Virus record (IMG/VR): IMGVR_UViG_2690316149_000013
Location: 1 to 5,026 of that record
DNA from: a virus
Taxonomy: Duplodnaviria > Heunggongvirae > Uroviricota > Caudoviricetes
Length of the DNA: 5,026 nt
Strand: one strand, 5' to 3'
Positions 1-5,026 of the stretch are shown here, piece by piece. A model generated the notes under the pieces. That model was not told the DNA's origin, did no database searches, and was given only the letters and a program-made list of their open reading frames with translations. The stretch's first letter is position 1, and every line of letters begins with the position of its first letter. A program made the position numbers and the translations under genes.

Positions 1-1
1 C

Positions 2-898
2 CCCGGCTGGCGTCGTGACTGGAATCGTCAGGGCGACTCAATGACCGGAACGATTAATCAGGATGGCGGAAGCCAGAATGCCTATATGTCTACGGCCTTA
101 TGTTCAGGCACCAGAGGCGGCAAAAAATATCTCAGAAAGTTTCGTGGTGGAGAAGGAGACACTATCTGGCATGAAACAGTACAGGGCGGGGTAATTCGCT
201 GGGCGACAGGAAACTATGACGCTCAGGAAGAATTATCACTCAGCTCCGCTTATGGTCTCCGTTCAAGAGGTGAGATTACATCACTCAGTGCTAATGGTCT
301 GCGCATTGCTTATGGCAATTATGGATTCTTTATCAGGAATGATGGCGGCAGCACATATTTAATGCTGACGGCCTCTGGCGATAAATTTGGGACATGGAAC
401 GGCTTAAGACCGCTGACTATCAATAACGCCAATGGCGGAGTGTCAATGGGGCATGGCCTGAGTGTTACAGGTGATATTGTCTCAAGTACCAAAGTACGTG
501 CCGGTAGCGGGAAAAAGTTCACGGTCAGCAGCAGCAATACATCCACGAAGGAAGCCGCATTCAATTTGTGGGGAAACGCAAGTCGTCCGGTGGTGGCTGA
601 ATTAGGTGATGATGCAGGCTGGCATTTTTACAGTCAGAGAAATACAGATAACAGCATCACTTTTGCTGTTAACGGGCAGGTATCACCATCTAACTATGGC
701 AACTTTGATTCACGCTATGTCCGGGATATTAGACTTGGTGGAACAACATGGACGCATCAGGCTCCATCTGGTTGCGCATATACCGGGATTATCGTTCAGG
801 ATACAGGCTCAAACTCTGCCGATAATATTGGTGGTGTTTATTACAGACCAATTCAAAAAAATATTAATGGTACATGGTATAACGTATCGAGTGTTTGA
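2..898 (+). CDS. Tail fiber protein, C-terminal (distal, receptor-binding) portion; 5' end lies outside the window
   Basis: The reading frame is open from base 2 (PGWRRDWNRQGDS... precedes the first Met at 41) to the TGA at 896-898, so the Met at 41 is internal. The product is Gly/Ser/Thr/Asn-rich with Trp/Tyr, typical of fiber distal domains, and is immediately followed by a Tfa-family chaperone gene, the usual fiber-chaperone pairing. Confidence 0.8.
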   Translation, partial: PGWRRDWNRQGDSMTGTINQDGGSQNAYMSTALCSGTRGGKKYLRKFRGGEGDTIWHETVQGGVIRWATGNYDAQEELSLSSAYGLRSRGEITSLSANGLRIAYGNYGFFIRNDGGSTYLMLTASGDKFGTWNGLRPLTINNANGGVSMGHGLSVTGDIVSSTKVRAGSGKKFTVSSSNTSTKEAAFNLWGNASRPVVAELGDDAGWHFYSQRNTDNSITFAVNGQVSPSNYGNFDSRYVRDIRLGGTTWTHQAPSGCAYTGIIVQDTGSNSADNIGGVYYRPIQKNINGTWYNVSSV

Positions 899-900
899 TT

Positions 901-1434
901 ATGATGCATTTAAAAAATATAAAACCGGGCAATCCAAAAACAAAAGAACAGTACCTGTTAACTAAAAACTCCGGCGTTGTCTGGTTATTCGCTGAAGATG
1001 GTAAAAACTGGTATGAGGAACAAAAGAACTTTCAGCCAGACACCATAAAGATTGCATATGATGAAAATAATGTCATATGCGACGTGCAAACGGATGTAAC
1101 TGCAATTTGCCCGGAAGGAAAAAGTGTTGTCGAGTTGCCTAATATTACAGCAAACCGACGCGCTGATATTTCAGGTAACTGGATGTTTAAAGATGGCTCA
1201 GTCATTAAACGTGTGTATACCGAAGAAGAGCAACGCTTGCAGGCTGAAAACCAGAAACAAAGGTTATTACAGCAGGCCAGAGAAAAAACGCAGTTCTGGC
1301 AGACCCAGCTTGCATTAGGGATTATCAGTGATTCAGATAAGCAACAACTGATGCGCTGGATGCGGTACGTGCAACAAGTTGAGACCACTGATACCACTGA
1401 ATTACCCGTTACGTTCCCTGATCAACCAGAATAA
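901..1434 (+). CDS. tfa: Tail fiber assembly protein (Tfa family: lambda Tfa / Mu U / P2 G-like chaperone)
   Basis: Translation MMHLKNIKPGNPKTKEQY...NWYEEQKNFQPDT...ITANRRADISG.WMFKDG..IKR.YTEEEQR...LPVTFPDQPE matches, from memory, the N- and C-terminal signatures of enterobacterial Tfa proteins. The ORF track starts at a TTG at 895; the ATG at 901 (or 904) is the more likely start. It abuts the fiber gene stop (896-898) and ends at TAA 1432-1434. Confidence 0.85.
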   Translation: MMHLKNIKPGNPKTKEQYLLTKNSGVVWLFAEDGKNWYEEQKNFQPDTIKIAYDENNVICDVQTDVTAICPEGKSVVELPNITANRRADISGNWMFKDGSVIKRVYTEEEQRLQAENQKQRLLQQAREKTQFWQTQLALGIISDSDKQQLMRWMRYVQQVETTDTTELPVTFPDQPE

Positions 1435-1440
1435 ACGAAA

Positions 1441-1470
1441 GGCCCGAATATCGGGCCTTATCGTTATTTC
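1441..1470. terminator. Intrinsic terminator hairpin, probably bidirectional, between the convergent tfa and gpU-like genes
   Basis: Perfect 7-bp stem GGCCCGA (1441-1447) / TCGGGCC (1451-1457) with a 3-nt loop ATA, followed on the plus strand by the T-rich run TTATCGTTATTTCTGTTTATC. On the minus strand the same hairpin is followed by TTTCGTTTA. It lies 7 nt after the tfa stop and about 45 nt after the gpU-like stop. Confidence 0.7.
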
Positions 1471-1502
1471 TGTTTATCTAACTATTTGTGATTTGCGTTA
1501 AA

Positions 1503-1997
1503 TCAGAACAGTCCCTTAACAGAACTGACCGCACTGTTAAGGGATGACGCCACCTTATCTTTGAAGCCGGACAGCATATCGCTGAACGATGAGGATTGCA
1601 GGCGCTCCCGCAAATCCTCATCACAGCGTTCAAGGGTCAGTGAAAATTCTATCTTTTTCGCCTTACCGTAGCGATCAAACTCGGAACGGGTCGTATTCGT
1701 TTCAGTCAGCACATACATGCCGTAAATCTGCCCGACACCATCAATCAGAGGCCAGGGGCGTCCTGTATATGCCTGCGTGGTCAGCAACGAAAGCGACACT
1801 TCGCCACCTGTAATTTCAGGATAAAGCACGCCGGAAAGCACGATGCGATCATCACCTGCGCCGATATACTGCCAGCTTGCTGAACGGTTAACGCGTTCAT
1901 TTTTCACATGCCGCCAGCTTTTGTTTTGCTGTAACTGCTGATGCGGCAATGTGCGCAGCTCAAAAACAAACATGCCGTAGATCATCATCATGGCCAT
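1503..1997 (-). CDS. U: Phage tail protein, P2 gpU-like
   Basis: About 160 aa, placed directly downstream of the tape measure gene as in the P2 E-E'-T-U order, with an N-terminus M(A)MMMIYGMFVFELRTLPHQQLQ resembling the Met-rich hydrophobic gpU N-terminus as I recall it. The minus-strand GGAG at 2003-2000 sits 8 nt before the ATG at 1991, so the true start may be 1991 rather than 1997. Confidence 0.8.
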   Translation of the reverse strand: MAMMMIYGMFVFELRTLPHQQLQQNKSWRHVKNERVNRSASWQYIGAGDDRIVLSGVLYPEITGGEVSLSLLTTQAYTGRPWPLIDGVGQIYGMYVLTETNTTRSEFDRYGKAKKIEFSLTLERCDEDLRERLQSSSFSDMLSGFKDKVASSLNSAVSSVKGLF

Positions 1998-2003
1998 GAC
2001 TCC
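1998..2003 (-). promoter_or_regulatory. Shine-Dalgarno (GGAG) for the gpU-like gene, overlapping the tape measure stop codon (translational coupling)
   Basis: Minus strand reads TGA-GGAGTC-ATGGCCATGATGATG, so the tape measure stop at 2006-2004 overlaps a GGAG-containing stretch just upstream of a cluster of in-frame Met codons. Confidence 0.5.
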
Positions 2004-4853
2004 TCAATCTTTATCGTAAAAACTGCCACGCCCGGCACGGGCGCGCCGTTCCATTTCTGCCCTGACCATTTCGCCAACCAGTTTCGCTAGTTCGCGGGGA
2101 TTCTGTGTAACAACGTTATGCAGATGAACATGAATTTCACCGCCAAATCCGGAGGCAACAGGCTCCCGGTTACGGGAAGTTGCAGGAACTGATGCCACTG
2201 GCGATCGTATAGCCTCCGCCACCGGGCGGGAGCTGGCCGCAACAACAGGGACCAGCGCCGGAGGCAGCGGAGCCGGAACCACGGGTGTGATAGTAATTGC
2301 GGGGGCAGGCTTACTGACCTGCGCAATCTTCCGCTCCTGCCACTCCCCACGAACAGCAAGTGCGCGGGGCAGGTTCTTAAAGACAATATCGCCGGGGCCA
2401 ATGCGTTTTTTCGTCTCATCAACCAGCTTACCTGTGTTATCAGCAATTTTGCTGAGTCTGCGTAGCGTACCGGTATTGTTGTCTATGAGCGGTTTGTTGT
2501 CTCTGGGTTTATCGCCTTTTTTGTCGTCGACCTTATCTGACGGGGCCGGGCCGGGAGTCCATGGTTTCTGAACCATTTTCTTGAGAACCGGATCCCATTC
2601 CCACATTACAGGAGCCTTTGAAGCGTTCTCTATTTTCTTTCTCGCCCGTTCCGCTTCATCCGGAAGCACTCCGAGCTTTTCAAGTATCCACGCCAGTGAA
2701 TCCATCAATGCTTTTGTTGGCGTCAGGACAAGCTCTATCGCTCCACCGAGTACCCTGCCGAATACCTCGCCAGCACTGGTACATTTATCCAGCGTTTCCT
2801 TGCTGGACTCCATCGGTGACAGCAGCGATTTAAACCAGTTAAAGACCTGAATAATCCCATCGCGCACGACATCAAAAACTGGACCGAACCGTTCAAAGGT
2901 TTCGCGCAACGGAGCCAGCCGTTCCATAATCCCACTGAACACCCCTGCATAAAACGCCTTGATGGGTTCCCAGTATTTCCAGATGAGAACCGCCGCAGCC
3001 ACAAACGCAGCAGCAATCAATCCGACCGGGCTGAACAGCGCCCCGATAGCGCCCCCCAGTAACGAAACGGAACCCGTCACCATTCCCCATAGTGCTGGCA
3101 GGAGCCTGACAGCATTCATTGATCCGGTCAGGAGGGAAAAGCCAAGACGCAGTTTTGCCAGCGGGCCAGCAAGCACACCAATAGCCAACGACAACGAGCC
3201 GACCGTTGCAGTCATCGCCAGCAATGCCCCACCTGCAATCAGTAGCTGGCGCGTCAGTGCCGGATGGGCCTGCGCCAGCGCCGTCACCTTTGATACCACC
3301 CGCGTGAGCCACTGCGTGACAGAACGCAGCGGACCGTCAATCAGATCTGCAATGCGGATGCGCAACCCTTCCCATGCACTGCCGAGTGATTTCAGATCGC
3401 CGTCAAGGTTGTTGGCCATAACCTTTGCTGTGCGTTCAGCCTCACCGCGCGCGCCTTCAAGTTCTTTTCTCAGTTTGGGTAAGGAGCCGTCACCCGCTGC
3501 ATCAACGAGCGCCATAAACGATGTGAAAGCCTCTTCTCCGGCAATGTCCTTAAAGAACGATACCCGGTCAACTTCCCCGTATTTGCGGGTGGCTTTATAA
3601 AGGTCGGCCAGTACATCCTCCATCGGGCGCATTTTGCCGTTCGCGTCAGAGACAGCCACACCCAGCTCTTTCAGCGCCTCTGCTGCCGCCTTTGGCGGTG
3701 ATGCCAGACGAGCCAGGCTGGCACGCATTGCCGTCCCGGCATCACTCCCTCTGATGCCCATATTCGCCAGCACGCCCGCCATCGCAGCGGCCTGCTCCAG
3801 CGATATTCCCAGCTTACCCGCCACCGGACCTGCATATTTCATGGTTTCGCCCAGCGCGCGAAGGTCAGTGTTGGTACGGGTAAACGCCGCTGTAAGCGTG
3901 TCGCCAACCCGGTCCATCTGGTCAGCAGAAAGGCCGAACTGCGTCAGGATATTTGAGCCAATATCTGCCGTCTCGCCGAGATCCATACCGCCAGCCGTTG
4001 CCATGCTCAGCACTCCGGGAAGCGCAGCCTGAATGGCCTGCGGTGTGAAGCCTGCCATTGCAAGAAATGCCTGCCCACTGGCGGCATCGCCTGCAGTGAA
4101 CTGCGTTTCAGAGCCAAGTTTTAACGCCTGTTCACGCAGCGCCTTAAACTGCGGGCTGTTCTGGTCGATTCGCGTCAGTGCCTGAACGCGGGACATCTCT
4201 TTCCCGAACCCGATCGCAGGCTGCAAAAAACGCCCGGCAGCATAGCTGCCAGCCGCTGCCGCACCAATTGCCAGCGCACCACCTGTTTTCAGTTTTCCCG
4301 CGGTTTCCTGCGCGCGCGAATACCGCTCACGCGCACGTGTTACACGCGCAAGCGCCTGCCGTTCGCGTTCAAGCTGGTTGTTGTACTGTTCGGTGCGTCT
4401 GATGGCCTGCTGGATGGTGTTATCGCTGCCTGTCAGGGAAATGCCGTGGCGTTTCAGCTCTCCGCCAAGCTCCCGCATTTTCTGAATTTCCCGTGTGCGC
4501 GATTCATTCAGGCGTTCAAGCCGGGTGCTTAACTGCTGCATCAGCTTTTGTTGTTTTTCGCTGAGCACTGTACCCGTGCGTTGTAACTGATTAAGGGCGT
4601 TAAGCTGGCGTCGTGCTTTCAATATGCCAGCATCCGCTTTACCGACAGCGTCACGGGCGCGCTCAAATGAACGCGCCTGACGCTCGAGATTTTTGATCGC
4701 CCCCTGCGTTCGCTGGATGGAGTCACCAAACTGCCCCATCAGGCGGCGGGCGTTTTCGGCAGGCCGGGTCAGCCTGTCAACGGCGCTGAAAGCGACCCGG
4801 ATGTCAAGAGTCTTCATTGTCTGCATTCCCGCTGCGAAGTGCCGCCCGCTCAC
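2004..4853 (-). CDS. T: Phage tail tape measure protein (P2 gpT-like tail length determinant)
   Basis: A 949-codon ORF with a coiled-coil-like Arg/Gln/Glu/Leu-rich N-terminal third, a long Gly/Ala/Leu-rich hydrophobic block (…LLIAGGALLAMTATVGSLSLAIGVLAGPLAKL…GLIAAAFVAAAVLIWKYW) and a Pro/Val/Ala-rich C-terminal region, which is the usual tape measure architecture. It sits between an E'-like overlapping ORF and a gpU-like gene. The start is ambiguous: in-frame GTG at 4853, ATG at 4826 and ATG at 4817, the last with GGGA about 9 nt upstream. Confidence 0.85.
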   Translation of the reverse strand: MSGRHFAAGMQTMKTLDIRVAFSAVDRLTRPAENARRLMGQFGDSIQRTQGAIKNLERQARSFERARDAVGKADAGILKARRQLNALNQLQRTGTVLSEKQQKLMQQLSTRLERLNESRTREIQKMRELGGELKRHGISLTGSDNTIQQAIRRTEQYNNQLERERQALARVTRARERYSRAQETAGKLKTGGALAIGAAAAGSYAAGRFLQPAIGFGKEMSRVQALTRIDQNSPQFKALREQALKLGSETQFTAGDAASGQAFLAMAGFTPQAIQAALPGVLSMATAGGMDLGETADIGSNILTQFGLSADQMDRVGDTLTAAFTRTNTDLRALGETMKYAGPVAGKLGISLEQAAAMAGVLANMGIRGSDAGTAMRASLARLASPPKAAAEALKELGVAVSDANGKMRPMEDVLADLYKATRKYGEVDRVSFFKDIAGEEAFTSFMALVDAAGDGSLPKLRKELEGARGEAERTAKVMANNLDGDLKSLGSAWEGLRIRIADLIDGPLRSVTQWLTRVVSKVTALAQAHPALTRQLLIAGGALLAMTATVGSLSLAIGVLAGPLAKLRLGFSLLTGSMNAVRLLPALWGMVTGSVSLLGGAIGALFSPVGLIAAAFVAAAVLIWKYWEPIKAFYAGVFSGIMERLAPLRETFERFGPVFDVVRDGIIQVFNWFKSLLSPMESSKETLDKCTSAGEVFGRVLGGAIELVLTPTKALMDSLAWILEKLGVLPDEAERARKKIENASKAPVMWEWDPVLKKMVQKPWTPGPAPSDKVDDKKGDKPRDNKPLIDNNTGTLRRLSKIADNTGKLVDETKKRIGPGDIVFKNLPRALAVRGEWQERKIAQVSKPAPAITITPVVPAPLPPALVPVVAASSRPVAEAIRSPVASVPATSRNREPVASGFGGEIHVHLHNVVTQNPRELAKLVGEMVRAEMERRARAGRGSFYDKD

Positions 4854-5025
4854 GCCAGCTAACCACTTCGCCGGGCGTCATCATGAAGATTTCGGCGGGC
4901 GACCAGTTAAAAATGGCGGCGATATCTGCCACCAGATCTTCGATGTGCTCAAAGCACACCAGGGTGATTACGCTGCCGTCTCCTGCACGCTCTTCGCGCC
5001 AGAGTCTGGCTCGCTCATAAAATTT
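4804..5025 (-). CDS. Tail assembly chaperone frameshift extension (P2 E'-like / lambda GT-like), partial; 5' end outside the window
   Basis: A minus-strand frame is open from the window edge to the TGA at 4806-4804, giving …YERARLWREERAGDGSVITLVCFEHIEDLVADIAAIFNWSPAEIFMMTPGEVVSWRERAALRSGNADNEDS*. It overlaps the start of the tape measure gene and lies -1 relative to a second frame that is open at the edge, the geometry of the conserved two-frame tail chaperone upstream of tape measure genes. Confidence 0.5.
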   Translation of the reverse strand, partial: KFYERARLWREERAGDGSVITLVCFEHIEDLVADIAAIFNWSPAEIFMMTPGEVVSWRERAALRSGNADNEDS

Positions 5026-5026
5026 A
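4968..5026 (-). CDS. Possible C-terminus of the 0-frame tail assembly chaperone (P2 E-like / lambda G-like), partial
   Basis: The minus-strand frame +1 to the E'-like frame is open at the window edge and ends at the TAA at 4970-4968 (…NFMSEPDSGAKSVQETAA*). Only 19 codons are visible, so this rests on position alone. Confidence 0.3.
   Translation of the reverse strand, partial: NFMSEPDSGAKSVQETAA
5019..5025 (-). other. Candidate -1 programmed ribosomal frameshift heptamer A-AAU-UUU (X XXY YYZ form)
   Basis: The minus strand reads A AAT TTT at 5025-5019, with AAT and TTT as codons in the putative E frame; a -1 slip gives AAA TTT and continues into the E'-like frame. It lies 17 codons before the putative E-frame stop. 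It is at the very window edge, so the upstream context cannot be seen. Confidence 0.3.

Noticed and set aside
6-17. 12-bp direct repeat GCTGGCGTCGTG at 6-17 and again at 4604-4615
   Set aside because: A single 12-mer match in a 5-kb window is near chance expectation, and it has no inverted partner or flanking structure suggesting a recombination site.
319-564. 81-aa minus-strand ORF antisense to the tail fiber gene
   Set aside because: It is a short antisense ORF inside a confident CDS, with no ribosome-binding site or recognisable product.
855-861. A7 homopolymer near the 3' end of the fiber gene (and A6 at 912-917 in tfa), considered as slipped-strand phase-variation tracts
   Set aside because: The tracts are short for efficient slippage, encode ordinary Lys/Asn codons, and nothing in the sequence indicates variation; speculative without population data.
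909-935. AAAACC-containing A-rich stretch at the tfa start, checked as a possible Gin/Hin-type crossover site
   Set aside because: It lacks the required dyad symmetry: there is no inverted GGTTT half-site at the right spacing. It is just the A-rich start of the tfa coding sequence.
606-965. 119-aa plus-strand ORF overlapping the end of the fiber gene and the start of tfa in another frame
   Set aside because: It lies wholly within two well-supported genes in a different frame and has no independent coding signal.
1032-1397. 121-aa minus-strand ORF and 64-aa plus-strand ORF (1124-1318) inside tfa
   Set aside because: They overlap the Tfa gene, whose own frame gives a recognisable product. The alternatives are Cys/Ser-rich and look like off-frame artefacts.
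1589-1813. 74-aa plus-strand ORF antisense to the gpU-like gene
   Set aside because: Antisense overlap with no start context; the gpU-like frame is coherent.
2087-3312. Minus-strand alternative-frame ORFs inside the tape measure gene (2087-2446, 2735-3016, 2893-3312)
   Set aside because: These are out-of-frame overlaps within the same GC-rich gene. The products are Arg/Trp/Cys/Leu-rich, typical of off-frame translation, and nothing suggests an embedded gene.
2959-3600. 213-aa plus-strand ORF, with other plus-strand ORFs at 2287-2571, 2581-2850, 3634-4032 and 4178-4402, all inside the tape measure gene on the opposite strand
   Set aside because: They are antisense to a long GC-rich gene, where stop codons are rare by chance. 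The products are Ser/Pro/Ala/Arg-rich low-complexity strings with no sensible starts or ribosome-binding sites, and the minus-strand frame is the one that gives a coherent protein.
4817-5020. 67-aa plus-strand ORF across the tape measure start and the E'-like region
   Set aside because: It is antisense to the two-frame chaperone and tape measure junction. The minus-strand frames account for the region with proper stop and start geometry.

Overview
This window reads as part of a tailed-phage (prophage or tailocin-type) tail module, not an obviously novel system. On the minus strand there is a P2-type tail block: the 3' end of a two-frame tail assembly chaperone (E/E'-like) overlapping the start of a 949-codon tape measure gene, followed by a gpU-like tail protein gene. 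On the plus strand, converging on it, is the 3' part of a tail fiber gene (cut by the window edge) and a tail fiber assembly chaperone (Tfa family). The two blocks meet at one hairpin that can serve as a bidirectional terminator. The points worth a second look are the non-canonical gene order (tail fiber cassette where a P2-type gpD would follow U), a candidate -1 frameshift heptamer at the window edge, and a visible base-composition difference between the AT-richer fiber cassette and the GC-richer tape measure block. All family assignments are from reading the translations and from memory of these protein families; no database search was run.
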